Under the pieces are notes generated by a model that did not search any database, was not told the DNA's origin, and was given only the letters and a program-made list of their open reading frames with translations. The position numbers were made by a program, and so were the translations under genes. Positions 40,950-53,711 of a DNA stretch of 64,000 nucleotides are shown piece after piece (position 1 is the stretch's first letter; each line of letters starts with the position of its first letter). Source of the DNA: Octopus vulgaris (Eukaryota); the NCBI GenBank assembly GCA_951406725.2, contig OX597818.1, forward strand, positions 27,962,001 through 28,026,000, written 5' to 3'.

Positions 40950-42230
40950 CATTGGTCAAAGGGCCTTAGAGTTAACCTAGCAAAAAACAAAGTCTTAGTA
41001 AGTAGGAAGGCAGACAAATCACAAATCCCTTCAGAAAGAGGTCTTGCTCAATCTGTAGAAAAGGCATAGGTATAAACTCCATAAGATGCACCTGGTGTAA
41101 GCTTTGGACACTAAAGGTGCAACAATATCAGAGGAAGGTTAACAGGGAAAATAGCTTTTATGCGTTGTAGATGCACAAGTAAACATCAAAAATGTACAGC
41201 AAACAGACTCCATCAACTACCAGAGGACAAACTAGAGGTAGTAGATAGCTTCCATTATCTAAGTGACCAAATTAGTAGTAGAGGTGGATGCTCCGAGAGC
41301 ATAGCCGTGAGAATAAAACTAGGCTGGGCAAAGTTCAGAGAGCTTCTACCTCTGCTGGCAAAAAGGGCCTCTCTCACAGAGTGAAAGGCAGATTATATGA
41401 TGCCGGTGTGTAAACATCTATGCTACATGGCAGTAAAACATGGGCTGTGACAGCCGAGGACATGCATAGGCTTGAAAGAAATGAAGCCAGTATGCTTCGC
41501 TGGATGTGCAATGTCAGTGTGCATGTTCAACAATGTAAGCATTTTCGGAAAAAAGTTGGGAATAAGGTGTGCAAGAGAGACGACTGTAGTGGTATGGTCA
41601 TGTGATGCATATGGATGAGGACAGCTGTGTAAAGAAGTGCCAATCTCTTACTGTGGAAGGAACCTGTGGTAGACCCAGGAAGTTATGGGACAAAGTGGTG
41701 AAGTATGAAATTTGAACTTTGGGTCTCACAGAGGCCTTTGGTGATGTGCTGTGCTTGAGAGGATCCATCAAGCCAAGTGAAATTGTAATTGTGACTGATG
41801 CTGGTGTCATATAACTAGCACCCATGCTGGTGGTACATAAAAAGCACCTTTCAAGCATTAAGCCTCCTGGAGTCATAGTAGTTGAGTGCCTTTAGAGTGT
41901 TCAGCCTCACGAAGTCAATGCCTGAGACCTTTGACTTTATGTCATACTTGAAAAAAGGCCCATCAATCTGAGCAAAACTACAGTCATGGCAGATACTGGT
42001 GTCACACAAAATGCACCCTTGCCAGCAGCACATAAAAACGCCCATTACACTCTTGGAGTGGTTGGTGTTAGGAAGGGCATCCAGCCATAGAAACCATGCC
42101 AAATCAGACTGGGATCTGGTGCAGCCTTCCAGCTTGCCAGCCCTGATCAAACTGCCCAACCCATACTTGCATGGACTACAGACCTTAAAAGATGATGATA
42201 ATGATGATGGTGATGATGATGATAATGATA
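40950..42230 (+). mobile_element. RTE-clade LINE 3' fragment
   Basis: LEVVDSFHYL, LGWAKFRELLPLL and MLHGSKTWA; (GAT)n tail. Confidence 0.85.
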
Positions 42231-42352
42231 TATATATATATATATATATGTATGTATATATATATATTACTACTTTCTGTGCAATGTCAAAATATTTAAA
42301 ACATCCTCTTCAAACAATAAATATGCCTATTTTTTTATTTAATTTCTTGAAG

Positions 42353-42412
42353 TTGTGGAAGAACAAAGTGCTGAAGTTAGCGAGCCCAAATATTTAGAAA
42401 TGGAAAAACGAG
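42353..42412 (+). CDS. microexon E7 (A-type, 60 nt): (V)VEEQSAEVSEPKYLEMEKR
   Basis: ttcttgaAG acceptor, G|GTAAGT donor. Confidence 0.8.
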
Positions 42413-42651
42413 GTAAGTGCAATTGATATTATTAGTACACAACATGATCTTAGGAACTATCTTTAAAAAGGACAGAAAGCTAACTATTATGAAATATGTA
42501 ACTAACTTTTGTCTATTAATATGCATGTAGTATGTGTGAGTGCGTTTGAGTCTATCTCATTAGTATTTCTATGGTAGAATCAGTACACAACTATCTTAAA
42601 TTAATTATTATTTATAGCCATGCTATTTGTTCTTTTTCTAATTTCTTAAAG

Positions 42652-42693
42652 ACATGGATGGCACTTACATTAACGTTTCAAAGAAACCTGCTG
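42652..42693 (+). CDS. microexon E8 (B-type, 42 nt): (D)MDGTYINVSKKPA
   Basis: cttaaAG acceptor, G|GTAAGT donor. Confidence 0.8.
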
Positions 42694-42798
42694 GTAAGTA
42701 TATAAGCAATTTATTAACAAAAAATTACATTCATTAGAGCAAGATTAGCAAATATTTTGGCTCATTCTTTCTTTGAGTAGAATATGCAGCTTAATATA

Positions 42799-44015
42799 TC
42801 AGGTCATCACATAAGTTCAGTCCGAATTTTGAATAAAGAAAACAACTGATCAAAAATTATATTTAATTGAATTTAATCATCAATGTACTTTTCCTGATTA
42901 TCTATGACTTCCTTCCATCCGTTTACAAGCTTTTTAATCCCATCAATGTAAAACTCTTTTGGTTTCAAAGCAAAGAACTCTGAAATGTCAGTTTCGACCT
43001 CCTCTTGGCTTGCAAAGGTTATGTCCCCTAAATGATTCTGTAAACTACGAAACAAATGGTAGTCTGAAGGAGCAAGGTCAGGAGAATAAGGTGAATGAGG
43101 AAATTTTTCCCAACTGAGCTCTTCGATCTTCTATGATGTGATCTTTGCAGTGTGGTATTGTGCATTGTCCTGATGAAAGATCACTCATTTTCGATTCACT
43201 AAAGCGGGTCTTTTCTCCTTCAAAGCTTGGTTCAAATGCTCTAATTGCTGACAGTAGACTTGAGCACTTATTGTTGCATTAGGTGGTAACAATTGGAAGT
43301 GAATTAACCCTTTGCAATCCCACCAGATAGAGAGAAGAACCTTTTTCCCATGAAGTTACCTTCTCAGTTGTGGTTGAGCTTTTTCCCTTTTACCAATGTT
43401 TAACATTTCGATAGAAGATCCATTTTTTGTCACCAGTCACAAGTCTATCCAAAAAGGTTGAAATTAGTTTGCGAGAATGGAGAGAAGAGCAGATGTCAAC
43501 TCGGGATTTGTGGTTGCTTTTGGACAATTCATGAGGCACTTATTTTCCAAGTTTAGGAACCTTTCCAAGTTGTTGAAGATGATGATGAACAGTTAGTTGT
43601 ATGGTTTGAACGAAGCTTTATTGCCAATTCTTCAACTGATAATGCAGGATTTTCTTCAAGTAATGCCTCAAGGAACTTATCATCAAACTCAACTAGACGT
43701 TCTGTTCCATCTTCATCTTCAAGGCTGAAATCTCCACTTCAGAATTTTGCAAACCATCTTCTGCACGTTCTTTCATTCAAGCATTCTTTCCCATAAACTG
43801 AGTGTATGATTCAAGTCGCTTCAGCTGCAGAGTTTCCTTTTTATACTCATAAAGCATTATGTACCTCAAATGCTCTTTGGATACTTCCACGTTACAAAGG
43901 GTTTTAATCAATGCATAAAAATAATTTTTAATTCCATCAGACATTCTAAAATACTATTAAATTTCATTCACTTTTAAAAAAGGTAAAATCAGACAGAACT
44001 TATGGGATGACCTAA
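42799..44015 (-). mobile_element. near full-length degenerate mariner element
   Basis: TIRs tcaggtcatcacataagttc / gaacttatgggatgacctaa flanked by TA; SPYSPDLAPSDYHLFRSLQNHL motif; empty site visible in the paralogous intron near 35750. Confidence 0.9.
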
Positions 44016-44338
44016 TATATGTATGATTGAAATTAAAATTTTGAAACTTTGAAAATTTCATTGCACATACAATAAACTTGTTGCTAATATTCATATGTAG
44101 CTCTGATATTTTACCCTTTTACTAATCTACACCCTTCATAAGCATATATCTTGTAAGCTTTATTTATACTAATATAGGTGCAGTCATGGCTGTGTGTTAA
44201 GAAGAGCTTGTTTCCCAACTACATGTTTCCAGTTTGAGTTTCACTGTGTGGCACTTTAGGCAAGGGTTTTCTATTATAGCTTTAGGTGAACCATAGTTTT
44301 GTGAGTGGATTTGGTAGATGGAAACTGAAAGAAACCCT

Positions 44339-44369
<31 letters not shown>

Positions 44370-44939
44370 GTATTACATACATATAAGAGGGAATTTTACC
44401 ACTATGTGGAAACCCTTAAGAATTGTTTCTAGAAAATTTAGCAAACACCAGAAATGTAAGTGAGCAAGACAAATGAAAAGTAACAAAAATATAGATTAAC
44501 CATAAACAAATGTTTCACTATCAATAAATTATGTAATTTTACTTACATAATTTATCTGTAGATCTTCAGTATGATCGTCTATACAAATATAATTTGCAGA
44601 ACTACACGCCAGACATCAACACGGGGTCGAAAATGCATGCAGTTCTACCTATTACATTTGTGGTTATTTTTCAAAAGTCTTCGTTTTAGCGTGCTAAATT
44701 ACCGGAAATAATACTGCATAAAATAATTCATTGCAGTAGCCTCTGTCAGTTTGAGAACGTATTAATTTAAAATTAAAATTAAAATGAGAGTGAAAAATTG
44801 GATATTAATTTGAAAATATCAATTTTAACACCAGTGGTCTAGCATATGTATGTAATACTATTTACTGAACCTCAGTTTCTTATATGCTAGACCACTGGTG
44901 TTACAATTGATGTTATCAAATTAATATCCAATTTTTTAC

Positions 44940-46315
44940 TGCAAAGTTACAAAGGTTGGCAACAAGGGTATCAATGATTTCAGTGTACAGTAGGAGTCCA
45001 CCGTGGCTCTGATCTCAGTCCCACTCTTGTTTATCTTAGTCCTCCAGGCCTTAACATAGGAATCAAAAACCTGCTGTCCCTGGGAGCTCCTCTACACTGA
45101 TAATCTTGTTCTTATAGCTGAATCACTACCTGACCTAGAGAATGAATTTTAGTGTGGAAACAAGCCTTGAAATCTAAGGGCCTTCCAGTTAATTTAGCAA
45201 AAACCAAAGTCTTAGTAAGTAAGAAAACTGACAAATTACAAGACCCCTCTTGGAGATGGTCCTGTCCAGTATGTAAGAAGGGTGTTGGTAGAAATTCCAT
45301 ATAATGCACCTAGTGCAAACATTGGACTCATAAGTGGTATAGTGGCAGCACAGGAAAGTTAACAGAGAATATAATCTTTGTGTATGGCAAATGCTCAAGT
45401 ACAATAACTGTTAAAAATACGCGGACAATAAGCTCCTTCAAATGCTCGATGGGGTCATTAGAAGTAGTAGATAGCTTCTGTTACCTAGGAAACCGAGTTA
45501 GCAGTGGAGGGGAAGTTCTGAAAGTGTAGTTGCTAGAATAAGAATAGATTGGGCAAAGTTCAGAGAGGTTCTACTTTTGTTGGTAACTAAAAGCCTCTCC
45601 TTCAGAGTAAAAGGCAGATTGTATGATGCCTATGTACGTACAACTATGTTACATGACAGTGAAATAAGGGCTTTGACTACGGAGGTCTTGTGAAGGCTTG
45701 TAAGAAATGAAGCTAGCATGCTCTGCTGAATGGGTAGTGTCGATGTGCATGCATGACAGTGTAAATAATTTAAGAGGAAAACTGGGTATAAAAGGCATCA
45801 GATGTGTGCAAGAGAGAAGGATGTGCTGGTTTGATCATGTGATGTGTGCAGATGAGGAGAGCTGCATAAAGAAGTGCCAAGCTCTAGTTGTGGAGTGTAC
45901 CTTGTGGAGGGTACCTATGGATTGAAGTGGTGAGAGAGGATCTTTGGATGCTGGAACTTAATTGGGAAAGGACAAGGGACTGAGAGATGGGGTAATGTAT
46001 TGTACTTAGTAAGATGTATCAAGCTATGTAAAATCACTATCTTCCACACATACAGGCTTGTCCTTGCCATTTAAAAAGTACTTGTGCTGACTCAACACAC
46101 CCATGCTTGTGCTGCATAAATGCACCCATGCTGGTAGCACATAGTAAGCACTTAGCACACCCTGTTAAGTTGTTGGCATTAGGACAGGCATTCAACCATA
46201 GAAACCATACCACAACAGACAGTATGGGTTTGGAGAATTCCCTGATAGCCAGCTCTATGTCAAAACGTCCAACCCATGCCAACATGGAAAGCAGATGTTA
46301 AATGATTATGATGAT
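44940..46315 (+). mobile_element. RTE-clade LINE 3' fragment
   Basis: PWELLYTDNL, VVDSFCYLG and WAKFRE; degenerate 3' end with (GAT)n. Confidence 0.8.
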
Positions 46316-46438
46316 GTTATGTATAAAATATGCACTATATTTCATTATCAATTTTAATTACCTTCTGCACAACATCAAAATAGTTAAAATACACTCTCAA
46401 ACTGTAAATATGCCTGTTTTTTTAAAAATTTCTTGAAG

Positions 46439-46484
46439 CTGTTTAAGTTTCAATATGCTGGAGTTAGTGTTCCCAAATATGTAT
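46439..46484 (+). CDS. A-type exon copy E9 with in-frame TAA (46444-46446): stop exon or pseudo-exon
   Basis: Homologous to E4 including flanks; GAA>TAA, +1 nt and a 3' deletion; acceptor retained; donors GTATGT (46481) and GTAAGT (46485). Confidence 0.5.
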
Positions 46485-46602
46485 GTAAGTAGAATCAATA
46501 TTGATAGTATGCAGTATATTTTAAATAAGAATTATCTAAAATAAGAATAGAAAGCTAACAATCATAATATATATATTTCGAAGTTTTTTGGTGGAGAATT
46601 GC

Positions 46603-46647
<45 letters not shown>

Positions 46648-46648
46648 A

Positions 46649-47028
46649 ATACAGTGTACATTTAAACACATAAGAGGCATCCATCATAGGACTCCTTGCA
46701 CGCTAGTGAGAACAGTTAAATTCCAAACCACTATTAGGGATAAAATTTCGAAGGGAATGCCATTTAAAAAGTACTTGTGCTGAGTCAGCACACCCATGCT
46801 GGGGCTGCACAAATGCACCCATGCTGGTACCACATAGTAGACACACAGCACACCCTGTTCAGTAGTTGGCGTTAGGACGGGCATCCAGCCATAGAAACCA
46901 TGGCACAACAGACAGTAAATTCCGTTCGAAATTTTATCCCTAATAGTGGTTTGGAATTTAACTGTTCTCTCTAGCGTGCAAGGAGTCCTGTGATGCATGC
47001 CTCTTATATGTTTAAATGTACACTGTAT
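46649..47028. mobile_element. foldback/MITE with ~110-bp inverted arms
   Basis: 46649-46758 is the reverse complement of 46919-47028; TA-CAGTG..CACTG-TA termini. Confidence 0.75.
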
Positions 47029-47627
47029 ATATATGAATAATATATAGTCTATTGATTAAATTTTTACTTGCTAGGCCACTGGTAATGGAAATTTCTAATA
47101 TTTCTGATTACCCCTTGATGAGGCAATGACAAAAGATCGAGATCTCTGGAGATGTGCTGTGACTGCGAAGACCCGACAAATAATGTGAGTTCATGGCTGT
47201 TTCCTGCACCAGTTTCACATAGCAGCCCCAGTCCATCCAAAGTACCTTGGATCACAGAACAGTCTGCTGTGCTTACCTTGGATTGTAGGGTGACCTGCTG
47301 TGCTTGAGTAGACCTATTGAGTCAAGTACATCAACATCAAAATAAAAAATCAAATGGAAATTGTAGTTGTGATACCTGTGCTGGTGGCACGTAAAAAGCA
47401 CCAACCGATCATGGCTGCCGCAAGACTTCCCTGGCATCTGTGCCGGTAGCACGTAAAAAGCACCCACTACACTAATGAAGTGGTTGGTGTTAGGAAGGGC
47501 ATCCAGCTGTAGAAACACTGCCAGATCAGACTGGAGCCTGGTGCATCCTCCTGGCTTCCCAGACCCCGGTCGAACCATCCAACCCATGCTAGCATGGAAA
47601 ACGGACGTTAAACGATAATGATGATGA

Positions 47628-47678
<51 letters not shown>

Positions 47679-47712
47679 TCTATGTATGTATGTATATATA
47701 TATATATACACA

Positions 47713-48506
47713 AATATTTTTTAAATAATAGAAGATAAAATCAATAATGATTTTACCAGGCAGCCAGTGCGGAAATAAAGCCCTTTTAAGTAAATTTTAC
47801 AAATTATTTTATAATTGTATACATAATTATAACAAGGGGTCAGCTTTATGCCTCACCACACACCATTAAAAATAGACACTAAGGTCCTTTTTACTACCTT
47901 AAAATCTCCAAGATTAATACACTTTATTGTTGGCAAACAAAAGAAAAATAATGAATCAACAAAGCCAGTTAACCATGGATGCATTTCAAACTTAAAGTAA
48001 AAATAATTTTACTTACTGTTACCCTCCATCATGATATTCCGTATAAATATGTGTAAGTATTTCAAAAATATGCACATGATCTGTGACAACGTATGTGCGA
48101 TATCCATCCACACTCACAAAAATATACTGCCAAGTATAATTCATATCTCTCTTTTAGTATGGTATTCTACTATTTCTGCTACTCAAATATAATATTTTCT
48201 AGATATTTAAATATAATAATATTAAGAGAAGCTGTTCACTATTTTCCAATGTTACTTTCATGTCAGTGATGTTTGTGAGCAGGATTGCTTGTGGGTACTC
48301 AAAACAGTAGGAGATTTTAAGGTAGCAAAGAGGAATTAGCATCTATTTCTAATGGTGCATGGGGAAGCATAAAGCTGACCCCTTGTTATAATTATGAATA
48401 TAACTATAAAATAATTTGTAAAATTTACCTAAAAGGTTTTTATTTATGCATTGGCTATCTGGTAAAATCCTTACTGATTTTACCCTCTATTATTAAAACA
48501 ATATTA
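47713..48506. repeat. ~195-bp inverted repeat upstream of Penelope remnants (pLTR-like)
   Basis: 47713-47909 versus 48310-48506; third partial copy at ~48588-48650 abutting the RT ORF. Confidence 0.7.
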
Positions 48507-48654
48507 GAATAAATTCACTCCATGATTGAAACTGCATTTACTGCAGTCTAAATCTTAACACACACATGGGTATAAAAGAGAGATATGAATTTCTAATGTT
48601 GCATGGTGAGGCATAAAGCCGACCCCTTTTTATAATTATGTATATAACTTATCA

Positions 48655-49631
48655 ATGAAGGAAATAAAGGTTATACTTGAGGTGAGGAAGACCGTAATTT
48701 GTCATCAAGGAAAATTTTGGACTACAAAGGACACACCAGATTGCTTTGATATACTAATGGGACTGCAAGATTCAGCTGAAGTCACAGACTTAGTCAGGAT
48801 TTATTTACTATACCTACTCCTTGAGGAACTCCCAGAAGGTGGTCTCTATAGGGATGATGCTCTATTTGCAGTTAGAAATGCCTCCAACCGTAAAATCGAA
48901 ATATGTCAGAAAAGATTATATAAATTTTTCATAAGCCATGGACTTACCATCACCATTGAGCAGGATCACACTTCTGTGAACTTCTTGGATGCAAATTTTA
49001 ACCTCACTACATCATCTTAGCAACCTTGTCATAAACCTAATAGAAATATTACTTATATATATCCGCAGAGCAATCATCCTTCTAATATTCTTGATAACAT
49101 ACCTTATAACATTGAAAATAGAATTAACTCATTATCCTCAAATGAAGAAATTTTTAATAAGCATAAAGACTATTACAATCTGGCTCTTAGGAATGCTGGT
49201 TATAAATATCAAATTAAGTACAACAAAATTAACAATGAGTTTTCCAATCATACCAACAGTTATATGGATAAGAATTTCAATAAACACACCTCAAATTCCA
49301 AACACCATCATAAATTTGAACTCCTTGGCACACAGCTTAATCTATGAAATATATTTGTAAAGATAACTCCACCATAAAACGGAAAACATTTTTAACAACT
49401 ATGGACCAATTAACAAGACTTTTACTAACTAGATTTTTACCAATACTAATATTTCTAATAATATAAGCAATTGTAACATTACAGACAGTCATTGTGAGAA
49501 AAAACATTAACATAGCTGGAAATAGTAACATGAAACAAAGTCTTTTCACAAAGAATCTTCTCTTACTTCTTCACATACTCTTAATTCCCCACACAACTGC
49601 ATAACCAATTTTAATGATGTTCAATATTTTT

Positions 49632-49680
<49 letters not shown>

Positions 49681-49688
49681 TAATAATG

Positions 49689-49719
<31 letters not shown>

Positions 49720-50760
49720 CAATAGCAATAATAATAAGAATAACATTAATGATAATGTTAATACGGGAGGTAAAAAGAAACCTATACCATATATTCGAAT
49801 GGGTGACCCATCTAATAAAAACCACCATACCAATAAGAAACATAATAATAACATAATTTGGACTATATTTCCTTTTACTAAAAATTTGAAATCTAATTCT
49901 ATAAAGTCTATTCATTCTTTTGTTAAATCAAATTTTAGTAAATCAAGGTATGCTGGGATATTCAATAACAGAATGATTAGATTTGGTTTTTTGGTTTCTC
50001 CTAACTTATTTAGGATTATTTATTCCTTGTATGTATTTGTGTTTGTGCATGAATGCATTTTATGTTTATGTCTATATGTGTATATGCTTGTATATGTAAG
50101 TGTGTATGTATGAATTCCCAGAACTCAAAGGCGGATTATACAGGGACGATGCCCTCTTCATAATAAAGAAACCCTCAAATAGGAAGCTAGAGCTTATCAA
50201 GAAAAAAACTACACAAATTCTTTAAAAGATTTGGACTATTTCTATTGAAAAGGAACACACCTCTATTAAGTACTTAGATGCAAACTGCAACCTAGACACA
50301 GGACTCCATGAACCCTACAAAAAACCCAACATGAACCTCAAATACATAAAGCTTCTAGTAACCACCCAACCTTTATTAAGAGAAGCCTAGTACATAGCAT
50401 TAGCAATAGAATATCACACCTCTCTTCCAACATAAATATCTTTAATAGACATAAAATTTTATAACCCTGCACTATGGAAAGCAGGATTTAAACAAAAAAT
50501 TAACTACCTTGATGCTAATCACTATACAAGTAACCCAAATAATAGAAACCCACTCACTAATACAATTAACACCAACCACACACCATACATCACCACAAAC
50601 TACACCAACAATAAGAACAGTATGAGTAACTCCAATAAAAACAACACCAATATGAACAATGCCAAGGCCCATACACAAACCACTAATAACAACAAAAATA
50701 ACCACAACACTAATACCGATAAAGTGATAATCAATAAGATTAACAATATTAACAAAACTA
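48655..50760 (+). mobile_element. two tandem Penelope-like RT remnants
   Basis: FDILMGLQDSAEVTD, GGLYRDDAL and SVNFLDANFNL; second GGLYRDDAL at ~50130. Confidence 0.8.
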
Positions 50761-51355
50761 ATAACACCAAGTAGTGAACCTGTTACATTATATTCTACTA
50801 GGCACATATGGCCTTGTTTACATTATACTTCATCTCAACCTGTTACTATTTCTTTGAATTAGATTTTTATTTTTATGTTATTGTTTACTGCACATATAGA
50901 CTTGCATACACATTGATATGTCTTTCTTTTTCTTTTTTGTCTCTCTCACTAACTTAACTATCATCATCATCATCATTATTATTATTATTATTATTTTTTT
51001 TTTTTTTTGATGGTCTTCCAAAAATTCCTCACACTGATGAGAATGACACTGGATAAATTTAATTATAATTACTATGATTATAATTTTTTTTTTACATATT
51101 TGTATTGTCTTTCAAAACATGTGTATATATTGAATCCAATTTTGTATTAAATCTAATTTTGATTCAACATCTTTTTTCTCCATTTTTAATTAATTGTTTA
51201 TGGTATATTTATACCTATAACGTAATTTTTCAGCTATTATTTTCATATTTTTATTACTTGCTCTGGCTGATTTTTATGAATATGATGAATCTTTATTAGA
51301 AATAATTTTTACTCTCTTTTTGGATCTCTCAAAAAGTTTGAATTGTTCGAACTTA

Positions 51356-51413
<58 letters not shown>

Positions 51414-51441
51414 TATATCAAATATTTAGGTAAAAAATTTC

Positions 51442-51498
<57 letters not shown>

Positions 51499-51759
51499 AT
51501 TTAGAGTATCTAAGAGATACCTCCACGCTGGAAATAGCAGCCAAAACGTGACTCCAAAAACCACATTAAATGTTCATACCACACCAAGAGAGAAGACAAA
51601 TAGACAAGATGAACTAGCAAAAAAATTACTGGATAATTCCATATCCTAGATATCTGGCTATGCATAGGAAATGCTTTGCCTCTTCAGTGGAATATACACA
51701 GATCATAACATAAATACACATATATATATACATACAACATACGAATACTTATGTACGTA

Positions 51760-52300
51760 TGTTCACATCCACCCAAATGGAGTGGATGGATGAAAAGGGA
51801 GTGAAGTTATGGCTATATAAGTTCTGGTCAAAGCGTTCCGATGGCCTCCTTAAAAAAAACCTTCCCTTCTTGTGTGGGACCAGTTTCATCTCCACAAAAC
51901 AAAGGCTATTAAAGAAAGGGTGTAGAATTTGAAAGCAAAAATGGCAGTGATCCCTGGTGGTTTAACAAACCAATTATAACCACTGGATATATCAATCAAC
52001 AAGCTTTTTAAGGCATTTATGAAAGAAGAGAAGAATCAGTGGATGAGAGCCAATGATCATGACCTAACACCAACAGGTCAGTTGAAAAGGCCAACAATTT
52101 CTCAAGTGTGTGAGTAGGTCCTGAAATCATGGAACGCTGTGGATATTGAAGCAGTTGTAAAATTTTTTTTAAATGTGACATCAGTAATGCATGAGATGGC
52201 ACAGAAGATGACATTCTGCTTGAAGATTGACACTTTGGACAGTATTGATGACCTTGATGATTTTTTGGTTTTGGGGTTATGGATGACTGCAGTCAGTTTT
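51760..52300 (+). mobile_element. pogo/Tigger-like DDE transposase remnant
   Basis: WMDEKGVKLW and MAVIPGGLTNQL*PLDISINKLFK. Confidence 0.7.
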
Positions 52301-53448
52301 CAGGATTTGAAGAGTGAAATATTTTCCTTATACCTCCCTCTACGTTGTTAATTGGTTCCAGGAGACATGATTTAAGTTGAAAAATGACTTAAGTCGAATT
52401 AGTTTTTTCTAGGCTAGGCCAGGCCAAATTTACTTGTCTCTTGGCTAAACCGATAATAACTATTCCCAGTTCTGTACTTTATTTATGAATACATTTTCAA
52501 TAAATACATGGTTAATAAAATCCTATTTTAAGCTTACAAACAAATAATTTTTATTTTTTAATACAGTACAGTAAAAAAAAGTAATCTAAATTTACAATAC
52601 AATTTGGCAGTGTTTACCATACATTGCAGATGCTTTATTTATGAATGTGGTTTGCAATAAGACAAGGTAAACTAAAAGCCTTTTTTATGCTCAAAAACAA
52701 ATTCAGTAAATATTACTATTTTGCAATAGTGGAAAAAACTAAATTATTTTAAATTTACCAATACATACATACATCATGGTTGTAGATGATTGTGGATCAT
52801 CAACATCAACAGCTGACTCTAGCTGTTCTTGTTTGATGCACTAAAAAAACTGGATGAGAGTTCCTTGAACTGTCTTCTTTTTGTCAAAGATTACATTATA
52901 GGGAGCAAAAGCTTTGATTTTTATTTTCCCATATATTATTTTTGAAAACCGATGTATATTCGAGAAAGACTTAAATCAAAACGACTTAAGCCGAGGTATG
53001 CCTGTATTCGTACATTTAATATTTGCACACTTTTTAATCTTTTTCCATTGCAATTTAGTTGTAACTTTTGTTTTGTCATGTCCATGTGAAATTTATACAA
53101 AAGGTAATAACATGAAATATTTTTAGGATTTGAAGATTAAAATATGTTTTCTCATTTGTAATATTTCAACTGTGCAGATTTTAATCTTTGTTCTGTTTTT
53201 ATTTTGTTCTATTTGATACTTCTATTCCATATTACTCACAATTTTCTTATTGTGAAGTTTAGTTTTCCCTTTGTCTGGGACAAAAATGAAGTACTGTATA
53301 AGTGTACATGCAATGCTACCAAACTCTTAAAATACTACACCAGCTGTAGCCCCATCCACTTGCATGAATTGAGACACTGATGAAACACATGGAGATAAAT
53401 ATCAGTGCTGGGCTGAACAGTGAATAGTTGAACTGGAATATCGTAGTG

Positions 53449-53711
53449 CAGGTGTGGATTCAGAAATTTCTGGTGGGGGATGGGTCTCAGGTTTGATTCA
53501 TTGCAATTGGTTAATGAAATGAAAGTGTAATATGTTCAGAGATACTGAAAAAATTCATTTTTATACTGAACCATTCAAGGGCTATTTATTGCTGGTACAA
53601 AAATATGCTTTCCATCATACATATTTAAACAGAACATTCAAATTTGAAAACTTTCTTGATTAGTGGGGGAAGGTGCATTACCCCTATCCCTTCCCTCTGA
53701 ATCCACCCCTG
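53449..53711. mobile_element. short MITE
   Basis: TIRs caggtgtggattcaga / tctgaatccacccctg; no clear TSD. Confidence 0.5.

Noticed and set aside
41999-42397. 132-aa ORF overlapping E7
   Set aside because: Chimera of RTE tail, microsatellite and intron; crosses E7 in a different frame
53378-53420. CTGATGA motif as a hammerhead
   Set aside because: No stem II or correctly placed GAAA and cleavage site
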